Origin: Candidatus Micrarchaeota archaeon
GTDB taxonomy: Archaea; Micrarchaeota; Micrarchaeia; Micrarchaeales; CABMGC01
Assembly: GCA_027315135.1 (NCBI GenBank)
Contig: DAHUYR010000017.1
Span: 1 to 41,277 of the forward strand
Length of the DNA stretch: 41,277 bases
Direction: 5' to 3'
Shown here: in pieces, positions 26,356 through 34,653 of the stretch
Layout of the letters: every line of letters begins with the position of its first letter
How positions within the stretch are numbered: the stretch's first letter is position 1
Made by a program: the position numbers and the translations under genes
The notes under the pieces: model-generated
Database searches by the model: none
What the model was told of the DNA's origin: nothing
The model's input: only the letters and a program-made list of their open reading frames with translations

Positions 26356-27365
26356 ATTGCAGCTATTCCCTTGAATCTTACGAGCTGCATTCCTGCATCG
26401 TCTCCAGAGTTGAATATCTCTATCTTCACCCCCTTAGAATCGGCAAGGTCAAGAGTCTTCTTGACACCTTGGTCATTGAGCACGTTGTCATTGACCATAA
26501 CTAGTTTTAGATCATCTATCTTATCCTTTATGTTTTCTGCCCCATATACTGCCCTTCCAGAGACAAGGCCGCTGAGGAACATATTAAGATACCAGAACTC
26601 CTTCTTAACGCGCTCATTCTCAAGAAGCTTTGCAACAGCCTCGCTCTGCATTATTTCTCTTATTCCTGATCTCTCAGCATCGCTTGCCTGTACATAAGAT
26701 ACTCTCTTCTCAATGCTCTTCCTCACACCATCCATATACTTCTTCATATCCTCCTTAGTGAATCCCGGACCTCCTATAACGACGACATCCACAGGCATAT
26801 TGCCCACAGTGCTTATTACAGAATCAAAGAACGACTCCTTCTGCTTCTTGTACTCCTTCTCATTCATTTTCTTGCTTAACTTGCTGTATATCTCAGAAAA
26901 GATGTCTATCCCATAGCCTTTTATATATGCAAAAGAGGCCTTTTCCTCGTCAATCGCGACTATTCCCAGCCTTGGCTTCTTCGCTTCCGCAACAGCCTCC
27001 TTCAGCCTGCGCATTATGTATCCTTTCCATTCATCTTTATGCACTGATATTATATCGCGCGGCTCCACATTCAGCGTGTGGTAACTACCCATACTTATAA
27101 ATTCCAAAGGACTGCCGTCTACTATCTTTCCAGATACTCTCAATCTGAAGGCGCTCCTGTCAACTTCTGCCTTTTCAACAGAAAGCTTTACGCGTATGTC
27201 CTTTTGTTCCCCCCTATCTCCTTCGCTGGGTTTGAACCTGCGCGTGCTCTTGCCCTCAATGGTGTCACCTGCGTTTATAACCACTGCAAGCAGGTAAAGA
27301 TCATCAAAGCTCTCCGGCTCAAGGCGCATCTCATTTGATATCTGATTGAATCCAAGTATCTTCAT
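26352..27365 (-). CDS. pelA: Pelota (aDom34) ribosome rescue factor
   Basis: PESFDDLYLL, RLRVSGKI, GSYHTLN, GPGFTKE, terminal GIAAI. Confidence 0.95.
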   Translation of the reverse strand: MKILGFNQISNEMRLEPESFDDLYLLAVVINAGDTIEGKSTRRFKPSEGDRGEQKDIRVKLSVEKAEVDRSAFRLRVSGKIVDGSPLEFISMGSYHTLNVEPRDIISVHKDEWKGYIMRRLKEAVAEAKKPRLGIVAIDEEKASFAYIKGYGIDIFSEIYSKLSKKMNEKEYKKQKESFFDSVISTVGNMPVDVVVIGGPGFTKEDMKKYMDGVRKSIEKRVSYVQASDAERSGIREIMQSEAVAKLLENERVKKEFWYLNMFLSGLVSGRAVYGAENIKDKIDDLKLVMVNDNVLNDQGVKKTLDLADSKGVKIEIFNSGDDAGMQLVRFKGIAAI

Positions 27366-27403
27366 ACAATATCAAAAAGAGTTGAATCCAAATTTATAAT
27401 AAT

Positions 27404-28465
27404 TCATACCTGTTCCAAAAGTTCCTGCAGCTGCTTTATGTTGGAAAAACTTCTATGGCTTGATGCCTTTCTCAGCCTGTTCATCGCCGCATAACCAAGA
27501 CCCTTTGCCGGAAATGCCTCTATGACTCCAAAGTCAACTCCGAAGGAGTCAAGCTCTATAAGTTTGTCAAACAGCCTATGCACGCGCTCCTGCGCATTAT
27601 CAGATGGGCCGAGTGAGAGCAGCCTTAAACCTGTGCCTTTCAGAAGGCTGCAGCTCTCAGTAGAGCCTATGAACGCAGCTTTACTGCCGAAAGTTTCAAG
27701 CATGCTGCGCATATCCTTCATGTCCCCGGCATATACAAAAAGCGGCGTCTCAGGAGAGTAATGCTTATACTTTGTGCCAGGGCTTATCACGTGCCCTGCG
27801 CTTGCAGTGCCTTCAGCCAGCTTCCCAAGAATTGGTCTTTTCCCGAACGCTTTTTCTATCTGTTCGGGAGTGAATGCACCCGGCCGCAGAATCCTCAAGC
27901 TTCTCAGATCGAATATAGTAGACTCTATGCCATAATAAGATTCTCCACCATCAATTATCACGTCTACCTTTCCTTTGAAATATCCTATCGCATGCTCCCC
28001 CTTTGTGGACGACGGTTTGGCAGATATGTTTGCGCTTGGTGCAGCTATGGGCAAGCCTGTTCTTTTAAGGAGCTCTTGTATGAACTTGCCTTCCGGGCAT
28101 CTTATCGCCACGCTTCTAAGTCCAGCAGTAACGGTTCCAGGCAAGATTCCCCTGCTCTTAACTATCACAGTCAAAGGACCCGGCCATATATGCTCAAGAA
28201 CTGCTACGTGTTCTTTGCTAATCCTTCCAAGCTTAAGCGCATCATCTACATTCTGCACATGCACTATCAAGGGATTGTCCGAGGCCCTACCCTTAACCTC
28301 GTATATCTTTCTGCATGCGTCTTCGTCAAAAGCATTCGCCCCTATGCCATATACTGTCTCGGTGGGGAAGACAACGAGTCTGCCATTCATTATGGCATCT
28401 GCTGCAGCATCCACTGCCTTTGCAGAAGGCTTTCTCGGATCAGTCCTGCAGACCAGCGTCCTCAT
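27404..28465 (-). CDS. sua5: Threonylcarbamoyl-AMP synthase Sua5
   Basis: FPTETVYGIGA, KGRASDNPLIVH, WPGPLT, AAPSANIS, SPGTKYKHYSP, MNRLRKAS. Confidence 0.96.
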   Translation of the reverse strand: MRTLVCRTDPRKPSAKAVDAAADAIMNGRLVVFPTETVYGIGANAFDEDACRKIYEVKGRASDNPLIVHVQNVDDALKLGRISKEHVAVLEHIWPGPLTVIVKSRGILPGTVTAGLRSVAIRCPEGKFIQELLKRTGLPIAAPSANISAKPSSTKGEHAIGYFKGKVDVIIDGGESYYGIESTIFDLRSLRILRPGAFTPEQIEKAFGKRPILGKLAEGTASAGHVISPGTKYKHYSPETPLFVYAGDMKDMRSMLETFGSKAAFIGSTESCSLLKGTGLRLLSLGPSDNAQERVHRLFDKLIELDSFGVDFGVIEAFPAKGLGYAAMNRLRKASSHRSFSNIKQLQELLEQV

Positions 28466-28469
28466 TGAG

Positions 28470-29219
28470 TCATCCTTTGAACAGCCTATCGTTTATGAAA
28501 TTTCCTGCTATTGTAGATGGGTTTATGACCACGGCCCTGTTCCCTGCAACTATCTTAAGATGGTGTTCAGCATCCTTGTTCGGTGCCACCACTATTATCT
28601 CCGCATTGACTGCCAGCTCCTTTACGCTTACTAGAGCATATACTGAAGTGGAGCTGTCGGCCACGTCTATCACAACTGCTTTGGCCTTGTCCAGGTTCAT
28701 CTCTTTCATGTCTCCATCAGACGCAAGATCTGCCTGGAACGCAAGGTAACCATATTTCTTGAGCCTATCAAGACTATCTGCCGCCTTGACTATCATGATG
28801 AACCTTTCTCCTATCTCAGAGAGCTTGTTTGCTATGTAAAGGTTTGTCGGCCCGTCTCCTATAAGGACCATGTGCTTGTTCAATGCTCTTCTCTCAAAAG
28901 ACGATATTCTGCCGCTTATTCTCTCTATTCTTCTGTTCACGAATTCACCTGAAAACGCCGTAATGGCAGACACGAACGTGCCAAGCCCTACGACCACTAA
29001 TATTATCACGAAAATCTTTGCAATCGGCGTCACTGGATAGACATCGCCGTACCCTATCGTTGCCAGCGTTATCACTGTAAAGTAAAGCGCATCAAGCGGA
29101 TTACTTATTGGCTGGTTGAATCCGCCGCTGCTTCCGATTACATAGCTCCCCACGATGCCGAATGCGAGAACTGCTGAAAGCACAAGGACATATGCGAATA
29201 CCTTTATGTTGAATCTCAT
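28470..29219 (-). CDS. Two-TM potassium channel with RCK/TrkA-N domain
   Basis: DALYFTVITLATIGYGDVYP selectivity filter followed by a Rossmann-like RCK domain. Confidence 0.92.
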   Translation of the reverse strand: MRFNIKVFAYVLVLSAVLAFGIVGSYVIGSSGGFNQPISNPLDALYFTVITLATIGYGDVYPVTPIAKIFVIILVVVGLGTFVSAITAFSGEFVNRRIERISGRISSFERRALNKHMVLIGDGPTNLYIANKLSEIGERFIMIVKAADSLDRLKKYGYLAFQADLASDGDMKEMNLDKAKAVVIDVADSSTSVYALVSVKELAVNAEIIVVAPNKDAEHHLKIVAGNRAVVINPSTIAGNFINDRLFKG

Positions 29220-29287
29220 TAAGACCAGTTTTGATAATTAGTTGGATAAAGAGAGATACTGCATATTATATAATAAATACCTTATGT

Positions 29288-30199
29288 TCAACTCTTGGGT
29301 TTCTGCCTCATCCTTTCCCTGAATGAGACCAGCTTTCCAAGAAATGCTGAGTTGCCCTTTGCAATCTCCTTCCCAAACTCGACAAAGGTCCGGCTCACGT
29401 AATCAGAAAAAAAATCTTCCAGATCCTTTATATCCTTCCTCTCAAGCATGAAATCCAGTGCCTTTGCATTCTCGCGCACATGCTCCAGGTTTCCTGCCTT
29501 TGGTATAGCGACGGTATTGTCCTTCGAGACTACCCAGTTAAGGGCCACCTGCGCTGCGCTCTTTCCATGCCTCTCTCCAACCATCTTCAACACATCTGTC
29601 GCTTCGTGGCGTCTTTCAAGAAGACCTCCACGTGCAAGCGGGCTGTATGCTATTACAGTTATCTTTTCTTTTTTGCAGAATTTTGCAAGCTCCTTTTCAA
29701 TCTCCCTTGCAGTCAGGCTGTACTGTACCTGGTTCGACGCTATCTCGTTTTTCTTTAGGCATGCGTTTGCCTCATTTATGTCCTCTACGCTGAAGTTGCT
29801 TACTCCTATGTGGCGTATCTTCCCCTCTTTAACAAGCTCCTCCATCGCCTTCATGGTCTCGCTTATAGGGACCCGTCGGTTTGGCCAGTGCAGCTGGTAC
29901 AGGTCTATCTGTTTTACACCAAGGCGCTTAAGGCTTGCATTGCATGATGCCTTAACCTCCTCATATCTGAAATGCTCCGGCGAGACCTTTGTTGCTATGA
30001 ACACCTCCTCGCCTTTTATTGCCTGACCGACTATGTCCTCAGTGTGATACATTTCCGCCGTATCTACGAAGCGCATGTCGAGTTTAAGCCCCTCCTTTAT
30101 CGATTCTATTGCAGTGCCATGGTCGCTGCCAAGCTTCCATGTACCCATCCCAAGTGCAGGTATCCTTTCTCCAGTCTTTCCAAGCTCTACAAGTCTCAT
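29288..30199 (-). CDS. Aldo/keto reductase
   Basis: LGMGTW, VDTAEMY, IATKV, DLYQLHWP, IGVSNF, AYSPLARG, AIPKA. Confidence 0.95.
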   Translation of the reverse strand: MRLVELGKTGERIPALGMGTWKLGSDHGTAIESIKEGLKLDMRFVDTAEMYHTEDIVGQAIKGEEVFIATKVSPEHFRYEEVKASCNASLKRLGVKQIDLYQLHWPNRRVPISETMKAMEELVKEGKIRHIGVSNFSVEDINEANACLKKNEIASNQVQYSLTAREIEKELAKFCKKEKITVIAYSPLARGGLLERRHEATDVLKMVGERHGKSAAQVALNWVVSKDNTVAIPKAGNLEHVRENAKALDFMLERKDIKDLEDFFSDYVSRTFVEFGKEIAKGNSAFLGKLVSFRERMRQKPKS

Positions 30200-30248
30200 T
30201 CTGCTCAAAGAATAATAAGAATTAAAAGTTTTATAACTATGCTTAATA

Positions 30249-30992
30249 ATGGAACATATGCTTATGAAAGACCGATATTTCAGCTCAAGCGTCGGAAGGC
30301 TGCATTACAGGTATTCCGATGGTAATTCTGCACAAACTATCGTGCTCCTGCATGGCTTCGCGTCGAGTTCACTGTCATGGGCAAGGTTCATAGAAAAGCT
30401 TCCTGATACGATGGATGTTGTCGCACCAGACCTTCTCGGCCACGGCCTTTCCGAAGCGCCAGAAATAGAATTCAACATATCTAATCAGGCAAAAGCTGTA
30501 GAGGAACTTATTGCAAGCCTCAATGCAAGGAACATCACCATAATGGGGCATTCATATGGGGGATGGATAGCAGCTACAATCGCGCAGAAAGGCCTGTGTA
30601 ATTACCTTATACTGGAAGATTCTGCAGGACTTGACATCATGGATGATGAAAGGCTTTCCTCAGACCCTGATTTCATGGAGAAGTTCATAAAACAAGCGTT
30701 GGCAACAAATCCGAATGAACGTGTATTGAGGAGCATCATGTACTCAAGAAAACAGTCTGATTATCTTACACCTGGCACACTATCATCGATAAGCATGCCA
30801 ACACTCATAGTGTGGGGCAATCAGGATCTCATCGTTCCAGTCAAATTTGCATATGCGTTCAACAGCCGCATAAAAAACAGCGAACTGTTCGTATTGCACG
30901 ATGCGAAGCACACTCCGCATTATACGAACCCTAAAGAAGTAGCGGACAAGGTCATCTCCTTCCTTGTCCAAAGCAAAAAGATATTAAAATAA
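30249..30992 (+). CDS. Alpha/beta-fold hydrolase
   Basis: LLHGF, DLLGHGLS, GHSYGG nucleophile elbow, WGNQD, AKHTPH. Confidence 0.93.
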   Translation: MEHMLMKDRYFSSSVGRLHYRYSDGNSAQTIVLLHGFASSSLSWARFIEKLPDTMDVVAPDLLGHGLSEAPEIEFNISNQAKAVEELIASLNARNITIMGHSYGGWIAATIAQKGLCNYLILEDSAGLDIMDDERLSSDPDFMEKFIKQALATNPNERVLRSIMYSRKQSDYLTPGTLSSISMPTLIVWGNQDLIVPVKFAYAFNSRIKNSELFVLHDAKHTPHYTNPKEVADKVISFLVQSKKILK

Positions 30993-31019
30993 AACAAAAT
31001 AACTTTCCTGATGGCAGGT

Positions 31020-31130
31020 TCACTCGTCGAAATCTGAATCGTCGTCGAACTCCTCGTCATCGAAGTCTTCGCTATCCTCTTCTTCGTCTTCTTCGTCAAG
31101 TTCCTCTTCTTCGTCTTCTTTCTTTGCCAT
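31020..31130 (-). CDS. 36-aa hyperacidic microprotein
   Basis: MAKKEDEEEELDEEDEEEDSEDFDDEEFDDDSDFDE; AGGTGA SD upstream of ATG, TTTAAATA box near 31169-31176; mixed synonymous codons. Confidence 0.8.
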   Translation of the reverse strand: MAKKEDEEEELDEEDEEEDSEDFDDEEFDDDSDFDE

Positions 31131-31280
31131 AGCTGTCACCTTTTCAGTTCCATGTATAATGATAACTTATTTAAACGTATCTACCATACGTAGACTTTAT
31201 CTGAATTAAACATATGGGCAGCACTGCCATCTAACCCTTGCGCCACCTTTTTAAGCTCTACTAATTTATATAAAAACAAT

Positions 31281-31352
31281 GGGCTCGTAGCGCAGTGGTA
31301 GCGCGCCCGCTTTGCAAGCGGAAGGTCGCGGGTTCGAATCCCGCCGAGTCCA
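31281..31352 (+). tRNA. tRNA-Ala(TGC), intronless
   Basis: GGGCTCG...CCCGC TT TGC AA GCGGA...GGTTCGAATCC...CGAGTCCA; G3:U70; no encoded CCA. Confidence 0.96.
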
Positions 31353-31372
31353 CTCAGTTCTAAAGGATTAAC

Positions 31373-31945
31373 ATGGTATACAAAGAGCCTGCCAGATGCC
31401 CATGGTCTACGACCGACCCTTTATACGTGAGGTATCATGATGAAGAGTGGGGCGTTCCAGTGCATCATGACAAAAAACTATTCGAATTCATCATGCTGGA
31501 AGGTGCGCAGGCAGGCCTCAGCTGGATAACCGTACTTAAGAAAAGAGAGAATTACAGAAAGGCATTTGATGGATTTAATCCTGAGAAGATCGCAAGGTAC
31601 GATATAACGAAAACGGATTCCTTGATGCAGAACCCTGGCATAATACGGAACAGGCTAAAGATAAATTCAGCGGTTACCAATGCAAAGGCCTTTCTTAAAG
31701 TACAGGAAGAATTTGGCAGCTTTGATTCATACATATGGCAGTTTGTAAAGAATAAACCCATAAGGAACAGGTGGGCGGATCTGAAGCAGATACCTGCGCG
31801 CACAAGAGAATCAGATCTTGTGAGCAAAGACCTTCTAAAAAGAGGCTTCAGATTCGTCGGCAGCACCATCTGCTATTCGCATATGCAGGCAACGGGTATG
31901 GTAAATGACCATATAATATCCTGCTTTAGATATAAACAACTGTGA
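31373..31945 (+). CDS. tag: DNA-3-methyladenine glycosylase I
   Basis: RCPW, YHDEEWG, LEGAQAGLSW, IIRNRLKI, GMVNDHIISC. Confidence 0.96.
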   Translation: MVYKEPARCPWSTTDPLYVRYHDEEWGVPVHHDKKLFEFIMLEGAQAGLSWITVLKKRENYRKAFDGFNPEKIARYDITKTDSLMQNPGIIRNRLKINSAVTNAKAFLKVQEEFGSFDSYIWQFVKNKPIRNRWADLKQIPARTRESDLVSKDLLKRGFRFVGSTICYSHMQATGMVNDHIISCFRYKQL

Positions 31946-32171
31946 CCGTAACGACAAAGCAAAATATGGCTAAATAAGAACATGCTGCTAATAAACATAC
32001 GTCTGGTACTCTATGTGCGCAAATCAATAATCTCTGCATTAATACTATAGCTGTTTCATCTGTGCGGTTGCTATTCTATCGTATTTTTGGAGGGCTTTTT
32101 CATAAAACAGACCAAACCGCTACAAAACAACATATTTTATAATACAATGTGATATAATCTCTGGAGATAAT

Positions 32172-32312
32172 ATGGAAGCATATTGTGTTAAGTGCAAAGA
32201 AAAGCGCGAAATGAAGAGTGCAAAGGAAGTAACAATGAAGAACGGCAAGAAAGCCATGTCTGGACAGTGCCCTGAGTGCGGTACAAAGATGTTCAAGATA
32301 GGCGGCAAATAA
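32172..32312 (+). CDS. 46-aa basic zinc-ribbon protein (DUF5679-like)
   Basis: MEAYCVKCKEKREMKSAKEVTMKNGKKAMSGQCPECGTKMFKIGGK; GGAG upstream; missed by the ORF track. Confidence 0.9.
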   Translation: MEAYCVKCKEKREMKSAKEVTMKNGKKAMSGQCPECGTKMFKIGGK

Positions 32313-32321
32313 CCAAGTTTC

Positions 32322-32353
32322 GCGTACGCTGCATCTTTCAGATGCAGCGTCGC
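32322..32353. terminator. Strong hairpin between convergent genes
   Basis: ACGCTGCATCT-TTC-AGATGCAGCGT (11-bp perfect stem, extendable by GCG/CGC). Confidence 0.5.
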
Positions 32354-32360
32354 ACTAATC

Positions 32361-32476
32361 CTATTTATTTACAGAACCTGAAAGAATACGGTCACTTATC
32401 TGCTAAAACTCCTTCTATTTATTTACAGAACCTGAAATAATGCAGATGCTTTTACCTGCTAAAACTCCTCCTATTT
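32361..32476. repeat. Imperfect tandem duplication of about 55 bp at the 3' end of the DEAD-box gene
   Basis: CTATTTATTTACAGAACCTGAAA at 32361 and 32415; TGCTAAAACTCCT at 32401 and 32457. Confidence 0.85.
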
Positions 32477-33816
32477 TTATTGCTTCTGTAATTGCCACTG
32501 CCATGGTGGCTGGTATTGCTATGATGACTGGAACTTCCTTGACGGCTGCTATTCCCATGATAGCTGCTGCTTCCATGCTGATTGCTGTTTTCATGATTAC
32601 CGCTGCCGCTTCTATGCTGATTATTGGCTCTGTTTCCGCGGAAGCCACCTCTGCTTCTGAACCTGCCTGGCTCATCTATAGGAAGCTTCAAGGTTCTATA
32701 AGGTTCAAGATCCAGTTCTATCTTCTTCATCTCCACATTTGCATAATCCCTTATGTTGTCAAGATCTCTTTTTTCAAGAGGTTCTGCAATTATCATGGCT
32801 CTGCCCTCCTTTCCCATACGGGCTGATCTGCCAACTCTGTGGACATAGACATTCGGATCCTCAGGAACGCTAAAGTTTATAACGTCTGTTACCCCTGCAA
32901 TGTCAAGTCCTCGTGCAGCTACATTTGTCGCTATGAGGAATTGCGCCCCGCTCCTAAAGCCACTCAACGATTTTTCACGCATGGCCTGCGTCAATCCTCC
33001 ATGCATCAGTATGGCATTGTACTTCTGGCTGAGAAGCACTCTATGCAATGCATCAGCTTGGTACTTGGTCCTAGCAAAGATTATTGCCTTCTTAGGAGAA
33101 TAAGTCTTTATGTATGCGAGCAACGCTGAGAACTTCAGCCTTGCTGGCACTATCGCATAATAATGCTTTATCGTGCTTACTGTAAGGTCTTCTTCCTCTC
33201 CTACAGTTATGGTTGTAACATGCCCTGGCGCCGAGTGCCTCTCTGCTATCTTCACTATCTCCTTCGGCATAGTTGCAGAGAATAGCATTATCTGCTTTTC
33301 CTTAGGTGTGTATGACATTATCTCTTCTACGTCATCTATGAAGCCCATATCAAGCATTATGTCCGCTTCGTCAAGTACAAGGTACTTTATATCGTCAAGG
33401 TCAAGTGCTCCATGCTTTATAAGGTCAAGAAGTCTTCCAGGCGTGCCTACCACTATGTTCGGCCTGGATCTCAGGGCCTGCATCTGAACGTTTATCGAAG
33501 CTCCGCCATATACTGTAGTAGTATAAATATGCAGATGATTTCCAAGCTTCTGTGCAAATGTTGATACTTGCGATGCCAGCTCTCTCGTAGGCACTACTAT
33601 CAAGGCTTCTATCTTCCGAGATCCGCTCATCATCTCCATTATAGGCACGATGAACGCGCCCGTTTTTCCAGTTCCCGTCTTTGCCCTTGCTATTACGCTC
33701 TTTCTCTGAAGAAGTATCGGTATGGCTGCGCTCTGCACCTCTGTAGCATTAACAAAGCCTACTCTACGCAACGCTTCTACCAATTCAGGCTTTAACTGCA
33801 TTTCTTTGAATTCCAA
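32452..33816 (-). CDS. DEAD-box RNA helicase with low-complexity C-terminal tail
   Basis: AKTGTGKT, PTRELA, TPGRL, LDEAD, SAT, ARGLD, HRVGRSAR; TTG start after GGTGA. Confidence 0.96.
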   Translation of the reverse strand: MEFKEMQLKPELVEALRRVGFVNATEVQSAAIPILLQRKSVIARAKTGTGKTGAFIVPIMEMMSGSRKIEALIVVPTRELASQVSTFAQKLGNHLHIYTTTVYGGASINVQMQALRSRPNIVVGTPGRLLDLIKHGALDLDDIKYLVLDEADIMLDMGFIDDVEEIMSYTPKEKQIMLFSATMPKEIVKIAERHSAPGHVTTITVGEEEDLTVSTIKHYYAIVPARLKFSALLAYIKTYSPKKAIIFARTKYQADALHRVLLSQKYNAILMHGGLTQAMREKSLSGFRSGAQFLIATNVAARGLDIAGVTDVINFSVPEDPNVYVHRVGRSARMGKEGRAMIIAEPLEKRDLDNIRDYANVEMKKIELDLEPYRTLKLPIDEPGRFRSRGGFRGNRANNQHRSGSGNHENSNQHGSSSYHGNSSRQGSSSHHSNTSHHGSGNYRSNKNRRSFSR

Positions 33817-33972
33817 TCTTTCACCGTAGGTTAAGAAAGCATACGTGAGTACGCCTATCTTATTTCTAATATATTCTCAATACTATGTTATAAAGAGCTT
33901 TGTGTTTGCCACCATTTGTTGCCATGCTACCTATCACAAGCCTCCAAACGCATACTGGGCGGCGTTTCAGCT

Positions 33973-34653
33973 TTATCTACCGTTGCGACTCTTCCAATAC
34001 TCTTGGAGCATATGCGTAACTTCTTTATCGTCTACCTGCTCAAATATCTTGTAGAACTGCCCTATCGCATAGAAAAATTCAGGGGCCTCTATGAAAACCA
34101 CATGGTTCACACGCTCTCTTAGCCTTGCCAAGATGCTTGCAGGTATCACAGGTATTGCTACAATCAATCTGTCTGGATTCTGCTCTTTAGCCCACTTTAT
34201 GGCCACTTCCATGGTCGCTCCTGTCGCTATTCCATCATCTACGAGTATTGCGGTTCTGCCTTTCAATACGACCGGCGCCCTGCTGCCTCTATATGCAGCG
34301 AGCCTCCTTGCAGATTCATTTATCGCACTCTCCTTTTTCGTTTCTATATAAACCGGAGAGGCATTGCTTGCAGATATGGCCTCCTGATTGAGAAAGGTAC
34401 TTCCATCATGCATGGCTGCCCCGAGGGCAAGCTCTGGATTCTGCGGCGCGGGAATCTTCCTTGGCGTTACGATGTCAAGATCCGCGTCTATCCGCTTTGC
34501 TACTTCACAGCCTATTACAACACCGCCTCTAGGGATGGCGATTACTATGGGCCTGTTAAGCTCGAGAAGCTGAAGTTTCTCAGCAAGAAGCATCCCTGTC
34601 TCCTCCCTGCTATTAAAAAAAATCTGGTTCCCGTCCACAAGATCAGTATACAT
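33973..34653 (-). CDS. Type I phosphoribosyltransferase-family protein (COG1926-like)
   Basis: AIPRGGV, RKIPAPQNPELALGA, LVDDGIATGAT, AIGQFY. Confidence 0.9.
   Translation of the reverse strand: MYTDLVDGNQIFFNSREETGMLLAEKLQLLELNRPIVIAIPRGGVVIGCEVAKRIDADLDIVTPRKIPAPQNPELALGAAMHDGSTFLNQEAISASNASPVYIETKKESAINESARRLAAYRGSRAPVVLKGRTAILVDDGIATGATMEVAIKWAKEQNPDRLIVAIPVIPASILARLRERVNHVVFIEAPEFFYAIGQFYKIFEQVDDKEVTHMLQEYWKSRNGR

Noticed and set aside
27761-28749. Long plus-strand ORFs opposite sua5 and the K+ channel (and similar antisense ORFs across the window)
   Set aside because: Fully antisense to well-supported genes and lack motifs.
31281-32170. Integrated element at tRNA-Ala(TGC)
   Set aside because: No integrase and no duplicated tRNA 3' end delimiting an island; the only similar sequence is the other complete tRNA-Ala gene.
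32361-32476. Possible mini-CRISPR array (repeat ending TGAAA)
   Set aside because: Only one full unit, intervening parts are 17-19 nt and resemble each other, the repeat overlaps coding sequence, and there are no cas genes; better explained as a tandem duplication.
32415-32826. ORFs 32440-32826 (+) and 32415-32675 (-) with repetitive Ala/Ile/Met content
   Set aside because: Shadow frames of the 18-nt repeats in the helicase tail.
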